Of a stretch of DNA of 64,000 bases, positions 19,486 through 30,005 are shown piece after piece. Source of the stretch: Gammaproteobacteria bacterium (GTDB lineage: Bacteria > Pseudomonadota > Gammaproteobacteria > UBA1113); the NCBI GenBank assembly GCA_021773295.1, contig JAJFKI010000097.1, positions 2,508-66,507 of the forward strand, given 5' to 3'. Position 1 is the first letter of the stretch. Every line of letters begins with the position of its first letter. Below the pieces are notes generated by a model. That model was not told where the DNA came from. It did not search any database and saw nothing but the letters and a program-made list of their open reading frames with translations. Made by a program: the position numbers and the translations under genes.

Positions 19486-20307
19486 ATGCCAGAATTACCC
19501 GAAGTTGAAACCACCCGCCGCGGTATCAGACCACACTTAAAAGATCAGTGCGTCAGTAGTGTTGCGATTCATAATAAGCAATTACGCTGGCCTATCCCTA
19601 AAAAATTAAAATCCATGTTGCAAGGTAAGATCGTGCGCGAAGTGTCTCGGCGAGGGAAATATTTACTGCTGTCTTTAGATCATGGTACCGTACTCGTGCA
19701 TTTAGGCATGTCGGGGCATATAAAAATTGTGACGCCAAATGAGCCGGTAAAAAAACATGATCATGTCGTGCTAACTATTAATGAGAATAAAAGCCTTCGC
19801 TACAATGATCCTAGACGTTTTGGCGCTTGGCTGTGGACTGACAAACCCGTAGCAGAGCATCCCTTGCTCGCCAAGCTCGGGCCAGAGCCTCTGACCCATG
19901 CTTTCAATGTTGCCTACTTGCAAAAAACCATTGCGAAACGTAAAGCCCCTGTCAAGCAAGTTATTATGGATAGTAAGGTCGTCGTCGGTGTTGGCAATAT
20001 CTATGCGAATGAAGCATTATTCGAAGCTGGCATTGCGCCGAGAGAGCCGGTACACCTCGTTAGTGAAAAACAATTAACACGCCTGGTAAAAGCCATCAAA
20101 TCAATTTTAAAAACCGCCATCAAACAAGGCGGTACAACGTTAAAAGATTTCACTCAGAGTGATGGTAAACCTGGTTATTTTGCGCAGCAGTTAAAAGTTT
20201 ATGGCCGTAGCGGTTTGCCTTGTGTGAATTGTGAAACGGAGCTCACTGAAATACGCCTAGGGCAGCGCAGCACTGTGTTTTGCCCACAGTGCCAGCAAGG
20301 TATTTAA
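19486..20307 (+). CDS. mutM: Formamidopyrimidine-DNA glycosylase
   Basis: MPELPEVET, HLGMSG, GVGNIYANE, C-terminal zinc finger CVNC...CPQCQ. Confidence 0.98.
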   Translation: MPELPEVETTRRGIRPHLKDQCVSSVAIHNKQLRWPIPKKLKSMLQGKIVREVSRRGKYLLLSLDHGTVLVHLGMSGHIKIVTPNEPVKKHDHVVLTINENKSLRYNDPRRFGAWLWTDKPVAEHPLLAKLGPEPLTHAFNVAYLQKTIAKRKAPVKQVIMDSKVVVGVGNIYANEALFEAGIAPREPVHLVSEKQLTRLVKAIKSILKTAIKQGGTTLKDFTQSDGKPGYFAQQLKVYGRSGLPCVNCETELTEIRLGQRSTVFCPQCQQGI

Positions 20308-20386
20308 AGTGGTATAGCTACCCCTTTTCCATAAAAGCTACTATAATATCTATTATCAACAAAAAAACCATTTAAAGGCTATTATA

Positions 20387-20689
20387 ATGTCAGTTATATT
20401 AATAACACCACCAGAAATGGCAAAGCAGGTTGCCAAACAAGAACGAACAAAACGCTTGTCATTGAACCTGAGCCAAAAGGGACTATCAGAGCGCTCTGGT
20501 GTTAGCTACGCTGTAATAAAGAAATTCGAACAAACCGGTAAAATCTCTCTCGAATCGCTCTTAAAAATTGCTTTAGTCCTAAATTCATTAAATGAGTTTG
20601 AATGTCTTTTTAACATCATCCCAGCAGAAACTGCAAACTCGCTTGATGAGTTGCTGAGTGACACTAATAGAAAACGGGGGCGCAAATGA
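20387..20689 (+). CDS. HipB-like HTH antitoxin
   Basis: LSQKGLSERSGVSYAVIKKFEQTGKISLESLLKIA HTH; 4-nt overlap with the HipA-family gene. Confidence 0.82.
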   Translation: MSVILITPPEMAKQVAKQERTKRLSLNLSQKGLSERSGVSYAVIKKFEQTGKISLESLLKIALVLNSLNEFECLFNIIPAETANSLDELLSDTNRKRGRK

Positions 20690-21918
20690 GTTTTGAAAAC
20701 GTATCTGTTATCCATGTCTATTACTTACCACGCTCACAGAAAATAAAAGTCGGTCGCTTAGCCATTAAAAATCGCATTATTTATTTTGAATACGAACCAC
20801 AATTTCTCTCATCAGGCTTAGCACTATCACCCTTTAAACTACCCTTGAAACCTGGCGTAATGACCCAAAAAGATCATGTCTTTGATGGACTGTTGGGAGT
20901 TTTTAATGACAGCCTCCCCGACGGCTGGGGCAGATTGCTACTCGATAGAAAACTAATAAGCTTAGGAGTCAATCCAGGAGAATTATCGCCACTCGATAGA
21001 CTGCGTTATGTTGGCCAGTCAGGTATGGGCGCCTTGACTTATGAACCAGAAATTGAAAATATTCCTGCAAATTATCAACAAAGCCTAGATGAAATTGAAG
21101 AAGAAGTGATACAGTTCCAGGAAACTGATGATGATACTTATGTTGATGATTTACTCGCAATGAACGGTTCATCCGCTGGCGCAAGACCTAAAATTCTCGT
21201 GAATATCATTAATGAATCATGGCTCACCACCTCCGAACAGCCCAAAAATAATGACTGGATTATTAAATTTCGTTCATCTCATGATCCTAGAGATAATGGC
21301 CCAATAGAATACGCCTATCACTTAATGGCTAAGGCCGCAGGTCTTGATGTCCCAACTGCGAGACTGTTTCAATCTAAAAGGGAGCCAGGGTATTATGGTG
21401 TAAAACGTTTTGATCGAGATGGGCAGCAGCGCCTACATACACATACTTTATGCGGACTTTTACATACGGATTATAGAATTCCAAGTCTCGACTATGAAAC
21501 AATTTTAAAAGCAACTTGGCTATTAAGCAATGATATCAGGGAGTGTGAAAAACAATATAGGGCAGCCGTATTTAATGTTCTTGCTCATAATCGAGATGAT
21601 CATTCCAAAAACTTTTCTTTTATCATGAGTGAACATGGCACATGGCATGTATCACCTGCTTATGATCTTATCTTTTCCTCAGGACCCGCAGGTGAGCAAA
21701 GCACCATGGTCATGGGAGAAGGCAAGATGCCCGGCACTTCTCATCTATTAAAATTAGCCGCAACGGTTGACATAGCACCTATCAAAGCCAAAACGATTAT
21801 CGACGAAGTCTTTCATGCCATTTCAAACTGGCAAAATTTTGCAAAAGCAACTGGTGTAAACAAAACATCAAGCGCAAGAATTCAGTCTGCACTCAATAAA
21901 ATTGCTAAACATTGTTGA
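20686..21918 (+). CDS. HipA-family serine/threonine kinase toxin
   Basis: DSLPDGWG (HipA N-terminal domain), SSAGARPK P-loop, KRFDR, HNRDDHSKNFS, SPAYDL. Confidence 0.93.
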   Translation: MSFENVSVIHVYYLPRSQKIKVGRLAIKNRIIYFEYEPQFLSSGLALSPFKLPLKPGVMTQKDHVFDGLLGVFNDSLPDGWGRLLLDRKLISLGVNPGELSPLDRLRYVGQSGMGALTYEPEIENIPANYQQSLDEIEEEVIQFQETDDDTYVDDLLAMNGSSAGARPKILVNIINESWLTTSEQPKNNDWIIKFRSSHDPRDNGPIEYAYHLMAKAAGLDVPTARLFQSKREPGYYGVKRFDRDGQQRLHTHTLCGLLHTDYRIPSLDYETILKATWLLSNDIRECEKQYRAAVFNVLAHNRDDHSKNFSFIMSEHGTWHVSPAYDLIFSSGPAGEQSTMVMGEGKMPGTSHLLKLAATVDIAPIKAKTIIDEVFHAISNWQNFAKATGVNKTSSARIQSALNKIAKHC

Positions 21919-21998
21919 TGTGAGCTTTTCACACCCATTCTACTTGGAAATGCGGAGATTTTAGGCGAATTGCAATTTCGCACCATTGCTGTTATATC

Positions 21999-22161
21999 TA
22001 TACCCATCACAGATGAAAATGCGAGATTAATGCTATTGCTTTTTGCCCCCTTTGAACGTTCGAAATTTGCCAATAGACCGGCTATTACCTGCATTTCGAA
22101 CGCTCAAAGGGAACAAAAATCAAATCGCCTTAATTCCGCATTTTCATCTGTAATGGGTATA
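21999..22161. mobile_element. 163-bp palindromic MITE-like element with TA ends
   Basis: Terminal inverted repeats TATACCCATcACAGATGAAAATGCG / CGCATTTTCATCTGTaATGGGTATA; internal arms (ccctttgaacgttcgaaat / atttcgaacgctcaaaggg) and central aatag-accgg-ctatt. A degenerate end copy lies adjacent at 21931-21972. Confidence 0.8.
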
Positions 22162-22197
22162 TCACTTCTGATTTCATACACAACAAGGATGTTAGCG

Positions 22198-22971
22198 ATG
22201 AAAAAATGGATAATCCTCTTTTTACTCCTGCCTATGATAGCTTTGGCCAGCAACCATAGCAAACCACAGTGGACTTACAATGGTAGCGATGGGCCTTCCC
22301 ATTGGGGGCAATTAACACCCGCTTACAAAACCTGTGGTCTTGGTAAGTACCAATCACCAGTTAATATCAGAACCAGTGACATTATGAGTAGTAAGGGTAA
22401 ATTAGTAGTTCACTACTCTCCTGAGCGAGCACAATTACAGCGAGGACATAATAACATCAAGCTGTCTTTCATGAACCAAGATAAAAAGAATTACATCAAC
22501 TTTCATAATAAAAAATACTATTTGAAAAACTTACATTTCCATACGCCTTCAGAACATATGATTGACAGGAAAGCCTTCCCCATGGTGGCGCATTTAGTGA
22601 ATAAAAGCCAATCCGGTGAATTGTTAGTGCTTGCGGTATTATTTCAATATAGCGACTTGCCTAATAAGTTTTTCCAAGAATTATTATCCTTACGTCTGCC
22701 ACAACAAGTGATGGTTAAACAATTGGGCGATCTATTAATAAATCCAAACCGGCTAATTCCCAAAGATAAAGCCTTTTATACCTATTCTGGTTCACTCACC
22801 ACCCCACCTTGTAGTGAAAATGTGACTTGGGTTGTGATGAAGCAACCTGTGTCTGTGACGCCGGCACAAGTTAAAGCGTTTCAGCAGCGAGTGATCGCAA
22901 GCAATGCACGACCGGTGCAGCCTTTGAATGGTCGCAAAGTAGCGCAAGTTGGGTCTAGCACGGCTGGGTGA
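22198..22971 (+). CDS. Alpha-class carbonic anhydrase, secreted/periplasmic
   Basis: Signal peptide MKKWIILFLLLPMIALA, WTY, QSPVNI, HFHTPSEH, YSGSLTTPPCSENVTW, NARPVQPLNGR. The ORF-track start at 21970 includes MITE sequence. Confidence 0.93.
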   Translation: MKKWIILFLLLPMIALASNHSKPQWTYNGSDGPSHWGQLTPAYKTCGLGKYQSPVNIRTSDIMSSKGKLVVHYSPERAQLQRGHNNIKLSFMNQDKKNYINFHNKKYYLKNLHFHTPSEHMIDRKAFPMVAHLVNKSQSGELLVLAVLFQYSDLPNKFFQELLSLRLPQQVMVKQLGDLLINPNRLIPKDKAFYTYSGSLTTPPCSENVTWVVMKQPVSVTPAQVKAFQQRVIASNARPVQPLNGRKVAQVGSSTAG

Positions 22972-22975
22972 TTAT

Positions 22976-24661
22976 TTACTCATTGAGCACTTGCGCAGAA
23001 CCGTTGCCTCTTGGATCGGAGGCAGCGTAGACTTTATTGTTTTTCTTATCCCAGAGAATAGCTTGCATGTTGCCGTAAGGGTTGTCCACCATTCGCATTT
23101 TATGACCCTTTTGCTGTAATGCTTGTACTTGATCGTTGTTGAAAGCATCTTTTTCATATTGAATTTCATCGGGCATAAACTGATGGTGAAAGCGTGGTAA
23201 AGTTACCCATGACAACGGGCGATTGCCATCCATGAAATCAATGATGGCGAGTAATACCATGCTAATAATGCGACTGCCACCGGGTGTGCCAAGGATGGCG
23301 ACTTTATCCTTTGTCTCAACAAAGGTGGGTGACATGCTGGATAATGGCCGTTTGCCAGGGGCAACCATGTTAGATTGATGGCCCACTAAGCCGTAAAGAT
23401 TTTCGCCACCTAAGTTAATGGAAAAATCATCCATTTGATCATTCAAAAGCACGCCGGTGCCTTGCGGCACAAAACCAGATCCAAATGAATAATTCAAACT
23501 CAAGGTCGCAGCCACGCGATTACCTTCTTTATCTAGAATAGAAAAGTGCGTAGTATGAGTTCCTTCTCCGACATGACCCTCCCCTAAACTGACACTTGCT
23601 GTCGCTTTCTCTTTCGAGAGTGTTTTACTAGCTTCTCGGGCATGGGCATCTGAGGTTAATTGTTCCGTTGGAATATTGGTATAATTCGGATCACCTAAAT
23701 GTTGACTTCTATCATAAAATGCACGCCGCATGGCTTCTGTTAAGATATGCGCCCGGTTGACTTTCTTTTCGGTTAAGAAGTCATAGCCCGATGCAATGTT
23801 TAACATGGTAATGAGAGCAATACCACCGGCTGATGGTGGCGGTGCGACGATTAGTTTTGCATTATGATAAACACGGATCAAAGGTTTACGCACAATGACT
23901 TTATAATTTTTTAAATCTTTTAATTGCCAAATACCACCAGCTTCTTTAACGCCCGTTACCATTTTCTTGGCGATAGGCCCATGATAAAAACCTGCATTAC
24001 CTTCTTTGACAATTAAACTTAGCACCTTCGCTAACTCAGGCTGCTTAATCACATAACCAACTGCTGGCACTAAGCCATCATGTAAAAAAAGTTGCGCCGC
24101 CGCGGGCGATGCCAGTAATGCGGCCAAACGCCTCTGAGCTGCTTCTTGATATAATTTATCAACGTTAAAACCCTTATTCGCAATATCAATAGCTGGCTGT
24201 AAGGTTTTTTCTAAGGAGAGCTTACCGTAGTTTTTTTCTAAATACACCATGCCTGCCACTTCACCTGGAATCGCTGCGGCTAAAGGGCCATTTAAGGTAG
24301 CACCATCAATGGGATTCCCTCTGCTATCAAGGTATAAATTAGCAGCTGCAGTTGCAGGTGCAACTTCACGAGCATCGATAAAACTATAGGTCTTATCCTT
24401 AGCACGGTAAAGCAATAAAAACCCGCCACCGCCTAAGCCGGAATTATAAGGCTCTGCAACTGCGAGCACCGTGGCCACAGTAACCGCTGCGTCGAAGGCA
24501 TTACCCCCTTCTTTTATAATTTTTAAACCTGCCTCGGTTGCCAGTTTAGAAGCTGATGCAATAGCAGCGTCCGATGGTGCTATGTTCTTCGTTGAAACGA
24601 CGTCAGGCGCAGCGATAACATTCGCTGTTATTAAGCACAACATCAAAATTAGTTTTTTCAC
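22976..24661 (-). CDS. ggt: Gamma-glutamyltransferase
   Basis: GGNAFDAA, SGLGGGGF, TTHFS nucleophile, PLSSMSP, GTPGGSRI. GTG start 24661 with AGGAG RBS and signal peptide. Confidence 0.95.
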   Translation of the reverse strand: MKKLILMLCLITANVIAAPDVVSTKNIAPSDAAIASASKLATEAGLKIIKEGGNAFDAAVTVATVLAVAEPYNSGLGGGGFLLLYRAKDKTYSFIDAREVAPATAAANLYLDSRGNPIDGATLNGPLAAAIPGEVAGMVYLEKNYGKLSLEKTLQPAIDIANKGFNVDKLYQEAAQRRLAALLASPAAAQLFLHDGLVPAVGYVIKQPELAKVLSLIVKEGNAGFYHGPIAKKMVTGVKEAGGIWQLKDLKNYKVIVRKPLIRVYHNAKLIVAPPPSAGGIALITMLNIASGYDFLTEKKVNRAHILTEAMRRAFYDRSQHLGDPNYTNIPTEQLTSDAHAREASKTLSKEKATASVSLGEGHVGEGTHTTHFSILDKEGNRVAATLSLNYSFGSGFVPQGTGVLLNDQMDDFSINLGGENLYGLVGHQSNMVAPGKRPLSSMSPTFVETKDKVAILGTPGGSRIISMVLLAIIDFMDGNRPLSWVTLPRFHHQFMPDEIQYEKDAFNNDQVQALQQKGHKMRMVDNPYGNMQAILWDKKNNKVYAASDPRGNGSAQVLNE

Positions 24662-24687
24662 TGATAGACTCCTTGTCTTTGCTCCAT

Positions 24688-25435
<748 letters not shown>

Positions 25436-25470
25436 TAAAGTTCCTATCGGTTTGCTAAGAATGCCTAATT

Positions 25471-26973
25471 TTAGCAAGAAAACTGTCCCGATAACACCAT
25501 TTGTTGCACAGCTGCTATATCGGGTGCAAGGTAGCGATCGTGCTCATAATGAGGCACGGCCTGACGAATCGTGGTCACTGCCCCCTCCAAAGGGATTGAA
25601 GTGGTCAGAGGTCGTCTGAAGTCAATGCCTTGAGCGGCTGCTAATAATTCGATGGCGATGACATTGGCCGTATTATCCACCATGGTTAGTAGACGCCTGG
25701 CGCCATGAGTCGCCATGCTGACGTGATCTTCTTGATTAGCTGAGGTGGGAATACTATCCACACTGGCGGGATGAGATAATTGCTTATTTTCACTCACTAA
25801 GGCAGCAGCCGTTACTTGGGCCACCATAAACCCTGAATTTAGTCCGGCATCATCCACTAAAAAAGCAGGCAATAAACTGAAATGTTTATCCATTAATAAT
25901 TCGATACGCCGTTCTGCTAGTGAGCCTATTTCACTGATGGCACAAGCCAGAGCATCTGCCACAAAGGCGACGGGTTCAGCGTGAAAATTTCCACCTGATA
26001 TCACCTCAGAATTTTTGAGAATAATAGGGTTATCGGATACGGCATTAGCTTCTCGCAACAAAATCATTTCAGCATAGTGCATTTGATCCAAGCATGCGCC
26101 CATCACTTGCGGCTGGCATCTGATGGAATACGGATCTTGTACTCTGGAACAATTGTGATGAGAAGCATTAATATTACTGTCTTGTAATAAATGTCTATAA
26201 TTTTCTGCAACCTCTATTTGCCCCTGTTGTCCTCTTAATGCTTGCAGTTTTTCATGAAAGGGAATATGGCTACTTAAGGTAGCCTCTGTGGTTAAACAAC
26301 CACTGATGATGGCAGCTTTGAATACGCGCTCTGTTTTTAAAAGAGCCTCCCAAGCTAATGCCGTTGAAACCTGTGTACCATTTACCAATGCCAAACCTTC
26401 TTTAGGACCAAGAATTAAAGGCTTTAACTTTATTTTTTTAAGCCCTTTGAGTGCCGGAATTATTTTCCCGCGATACAATACTTCACCTTCACCTAATAAG
26501 CAGCACGCAATATGCGCTAAAGGCGCCAAATCACCTGAAGCACCCACTGAGCCTTTGGCAGGAACACAGGGCAAGACGTCATTATTATAAAGTGCAAACA
26601 GGGCTTTTAGCGTTTGAGTGGAAATGCCAGAATAAGCTCTGGCTAAGCTATTTATTTTAAAAGCGAGAATTAACCGTACCGTGCTTGCAGATAAATATTC
26701 TCCAACACCTGCCGCGTGAGATAACACTAAACGTTTTTGTAATTCTTCTAAATTATCTAACCCTATTTTTTTATCCGCTAAATATCCAAAGCCTGTATTG
26801 ATGCCATAGACACTCTCTTTTTTCGATACGATATCCTGCACTCGTTGTGCTGACTTTTCTACTTGCTGCCAATACGCATCATCGATTGCGAGTGATGTTT
26901 TACTATAGTAAAGGCGTTCAATATCCTTTTTTTCTAATTTCCCTGGTTGTAGTAATACCGCATCTTCTGGCAT
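25471..26973 (-). CDS. hutH: Histidine ammonia-lyase
   Basis: YGINTGFG, GSVGASGDLAPL (MIO-forming ASG), QDPYSIRCQPQ, GGNFHAEP, QEDHVSM. Confidence 0.96.
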   Translation of the reverse strand: MPEDAVLLQPGKLEKKDIERLYYSKTSLAIDDAYWQQVEKSAQRVQDIVSKKESVYGINTGFGYLADKKIGLDNLEELQKRLVLSHAAGVGEYLSASTVRLILAFKINSLARAYSGISTQTLKALFALYNNDVLPCVPAKGSVGASGDLAPLAHIACCLLGEGEVLYRGKIIPALKGLKKIKLKPLILGPKEGLALVNGTQVSTALAWEALLKTERVFKAAIISGCLTTEATLSSHIPFHEKLQALRGQQGQIEVAENYRHLLQDSNINASHHNCSRVQDPYSIRCQPQVMGACLDQMHYAEMILLREANAVSDNPIILKNSEVISGGNFHAEPVAFVADALACAISEIGSLAERRIELLMDKHFSLLPAFLVDDAGLNSGFMVAQVTAAALVSENKQLSHPASVDSIPTSANQEDHVSMATHGARRLLTMVDNTANVIAIELLAAAQGIDFRRPLTTSIPLEGAVTTIRQAVPHYEHDRYLAPDIAAVQQMVLSGQFSC

Positions 26974-27062
26974 ATCATTTCCTTAAGAGAAGATTAACTC
27001 CAAGCACGCTTTCCCAGCAGCCGCTATAATTCTTGGTAACAACATTGATAATGGGGTGCTCT

Positions 27063-27440
27063 ATGAAAATCATGATTCCTCTCACTGCTTTGTTATTACT
27101 GCTTATCTCTTCTATCAGTTTAGCAGCTGATGGGAAAAAGCCATTAGTTAGTGAGAGTTCCGTCGCAAAAAAAGATTCGAGCTTTGATAATGCAAAAATG
27201 CCTGGAAACTTTGAAATCTTTATGAAAGACATCAAATTTAAGAATCCCACGGGACTTTGGCACTTGGCGAATTCGCCGATTCCAACACCAGTGCCACAAC
27301 AACAAATGGAAAAGACAATATACCATCCTGATCATGGCCAACCCGATTACCGTGGACATCATTACGTACCACGTTCAGGTTATGAATCATTGACGCCAGA
27401 ACAACGTCGACAAATTATGCAAAAACCGAGTGGATGGTAA
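27063..27440 (+). CDS. Hypothetical secreted protein
   Basis: Signal peptide MKIMIPLTALLLLLISSISLA followed by a ~105-aa mature region. Confidence 0.65.
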   Translation: MKIMIPLTALLLLLISSISLAADGKKPLVSESSVAKKDSSFDNAKMPGNFEIFMKDIKFKNPTGLWHLANSPIPTPVPQQQMEKTIYHPDHGQPDYRGHHYVPRSGYESLTPEQRRQIMQKPSGW

Positions 27441-27449
27441 AAAGCAGCC

Positions 27450-27484
27450 GCATTAATTTCGCATTTTGGAGTACGATGAGCATA
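27450..27484. repeat. Isolated terminal remnant of the MITE family
   Basis: Reverse complement tatgctcatcgtactccaaaatgcgaaattaatgc aligns with the MITE end tatacccatcacagatgaaaatgcgagattaatgc. Confidence 0.5.
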
Positions 27485-27503
27485 TGACACTACGTCAATA
27501 ATT

Positions 27504-28577
27504 TTAAGCTTTAACTTTCGTCGCTCGCGCCGTCACTTGGCACAATAATTCATACGCTATGGTATTGGCACTACGGGCGATGTGTTCGATGGGTAAACCC
27601 TTTCCCCAGAGGATAACTTCATCACCTACTGCTGCATGGCTTTGTTGGCTTAAGTCGATGGTTAACATATCCATAGAAACTCGACCGAGAATGCTGGCTT
27701 GTTGTTGATTGACGAGTACCGGTGTACCGGCAGCTATGTGACGCGGATAACCATCACCATAACCCATAGCAACGACGCCAACGATCATGTCTTTAGGACA
27801 GGTCCAAGTGGAACCATAACCGATAGCGTCACCTTGGTGCAATTGACGTATGGCAATAATGGAAGATTGCAATGTCATTACTGGTTTTAAATTATAATCC
27901 AAGCCTGTTTCTTCTGCGAAAGGTGATACGCCATATAGCATGATCCCAGGGCGTACCCAATCTTCATGACTATCTGGCCAGGCTAAAATTGCGGCTGAGT
28001 TGGCTAAACTTTTTGGGCCTTCTAATGGCTGCACACATTCTGCAAAACTAAGTATTTGATTGTCTGTGTATGGGCTGTTGCGATCATCGGCTTTGGCAAA
28101 ATGGCTCATTAAGCCGATGGGATTTTTTACATTTCCTGAGGCTTTTAAGACTTGTACAAAATCATTAACTTCTTCCGGCATCACGCCTAAACGATGCATG
28201 CCGGTGTCTATTTTCAGCCAAACTGATAGTTTATTTTCTAACGTTTCATGTTGAATCATTTGCAAACGCTCGGCGTTATGCACCACAATCGCAAACTCAT
28301 GCTGGGAGGCTACCATTAATTCTTCTGCGGTGGTAATGCCACCCATAATCACAATTTGGCTCGTCACACCATATTTTTTTAAGCGTAATGCTTCTTCCAA
28401 ACGTGCCACACCTAAGGCATCGGCTTCATCTAAAACGCCTGTTAAATGTCTAAAGCCATGACCATAGGCATCGGCCTTTACCATGGCTAATACGTTACTC
28501 TTAGGCGCTGCCTTTCGTACTTGCAAGAGATTGTGTTTAAAGGCATTGCTATCGATGACAGCAGTTACATAAGTCAT
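27504..28577 (-). CDS. alr: Alanine racemase
   Basis: AMVKADAYGHG PLP-lysine motif, KIDTGMHRLG, RPGIMLYG, GYGDGYPR, GRVSMDM. Confidence 0.97.
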   Translation of the reverse strand: MTYVTAVIDSNAFKHNLLQVRKAAPKSNVLAMVKADAYGHGFRHLTGVLDEADALGVARLEEALRLKKYGVTSQIVIMGGITTAEELMVASQHEFAIVVHNAERLQMIQHETLENKLSVWLKIDTGMHRLGVMPEEVNDFVQVLKASGNVKNPIGLMSHFAKADDRNSPYTDNQILSFAECVQPLEGPKSLANSAAILAWPDSHEDWVRPGIMLYGVSPFAEETGLDYNLKPVMTLQSSIIAIRQLHQGDAIGYGSTWTCPKDMIVGVVAMGYGDGYPRHIAAGTPVLVNQQQASILGRVSMDMLTIDLSQQSHAAVGDEVILWGKGLPIEHIARSANTIAYELLCQVTARATKVKA

Positions 28578-29971
28578 TACTCTAAGACACCTGCATATTG
28601 ATGATTCGGTGCTAAATTTTCAAAACGTGTATATTGTCCTAAGAAGGCTAAGCGCACTTTACCAATGGGGCCGTTTCTTTGTTTTGCGACAATGATTTCT
28701 GAAATGCCTTTATCGCGGGTATCAGGGTGATATACCTCATCACGATAAATAAAAGCAATCAAATCTGCATCTTGCTCAATCGCACCGGACTCGCGTAAAT
28801 CTGACATCATAGGGCGCCTATCGGCTCGTTGTTCCAAACTACGATTTAACTGTGATAAAGCAACCACTGGCACTTTTAATTCTTTAGCCAAGGCTTTTAA
28901 AGAGCGTGAGATTTCTGAAATTTCCGTCGCTCTGTTTTCTGAGGCACCTTGAATTTGCATCAGCTGCAAATAGTCAATCACAATTAAACCCAAATCACCT
29001 TGGTCCCTGACTAAACGTCTTGCTCTCGATCGAATTTCGGTAGGACTCAAACCCGGCGTGTCATCGATAAACATTTTTGCTTGACTCAAGATACTAACGG
29101 CGGAACCAATACGACTCCAGTCTTCATCTTGCAAACTACCCGTACGTACGCGGTGTTGTTCAATGCGGCCTAATGAAGATAGCATTCTCATGGCTAATGA
29201 ATCCCCAGGCATCTCCATACTAAACACTAACACTGGCTTATCACCTTTAATGGCTGCATGCTCGACAATATTCATCGCAAGCGCTGTTTTACCCATAGAA
29301 GGCCGCCCTGCTATGATGATTAAGTCGGAAGGTTGCAAGCCTGACGTGAGTTGGTCGAAGTCAGAATACCCCGTCGACAAACCTGTGATAGCCGCTTTAG
29401 TATGAAATAAATGATCGATGCGCTCCATCGCTTGCGCCACCAGTGACTTCACTTCTTGTGGACCTTTACCGCGAACGGATTGATCAGCAATTTCAAATAC
29501 TTTACGTTCGGCTTGATCGAGTAGGGCCGTCGATGCCAAACCTTCGGTATGATAAGCAGAGTCAGCAATCTCAGCCGCCACGCTAATCATTTGTCGTAAG
29601 ACGGAACGTTCCCTAACGATATCAGCATAGGCTTTAATATTAGAAGCACTGGGCGTATTGCGTGATAGTTCAAATAAATAAACTTCACCCCCAATGTTTT
29701 CTAACTCTCCTAAGTTTTTTAAACTTTCCGACAAGGTGACAACATCGAAGGGATGATTCTTTTCAACAAGGCTAGCCATAGCTTGAAAAATCAGGCGGTG
29801 TTCATAACGGTAAAAATCACTCTCTAATAAGCGCTCTACCACATGGTCCCAAGCATCATTATCCAGCATCAAGCCACCGATGACCGATTGCTCCGCCTCG
29901 ATGGAATGGGGGGGCACTTTCAGCGCCTCTAATTCTTTATCAGATTTTTTAAATTTTTGTTTTGTGTCCAT
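28577..29971 (-). CDS. dnaB: Replicative DNA helicase
   Basis: PPHSIEAEQSV, AGRPSMGKT, IDYLQLM, LSQLNR, DLRESGAIEQDAD; no intein. Confidence 0.99.
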   Translation of the reverse strand: MDTKQKFKKSDKELEALKVPPHSIEAEQSVIGGLMLDNDAWDHVVERLLESDFYRYEHRLIFQAMASLVEKNHPFDVVTLSESLKNLGELENIGGEVYLFELSRNTPSASNIKAYADIVRERSVLRQMISVAAEIADSAYHTEGLASTALLDQAERKVFEIADQSVRGKGPQEVKSLVAQAMERIDHLFHTKAAITGLSTGYSDFDQLTSGLQPSDLIIIAGRPSMGKTALAMNIVEHAAIKGDKPVLVFSMEMPGDSLAMRMLSSLGRIEQHRVRTGSLQDEDWSRIGSAVSILSQAKMFIDDTPGLSPTEIRSRARRLVRDQGDLGLIVIDYLQLMQIQGASENRATEISEISRSLKALAKELKVPVVALSQLNRSLEQRADRRPMMSDLRESGAIEQDADLIAFIYRDEVYHPDTRDKGISEIIVAKQRNGPIGKVRLAFLGQYTRFENLAPNHQYAGVLE

Positions 29972-30005
29972 GTGTCATCTTTTGATTAATGGAGGATGGG
30001 GTATT

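Noticed and set aside
21970-22197. 76-aa N-terminal extension of the carbonic anhydrase
   Set aside because: Mostly encoded by the MITE; a clean signal peptide starts at ATG 22198.
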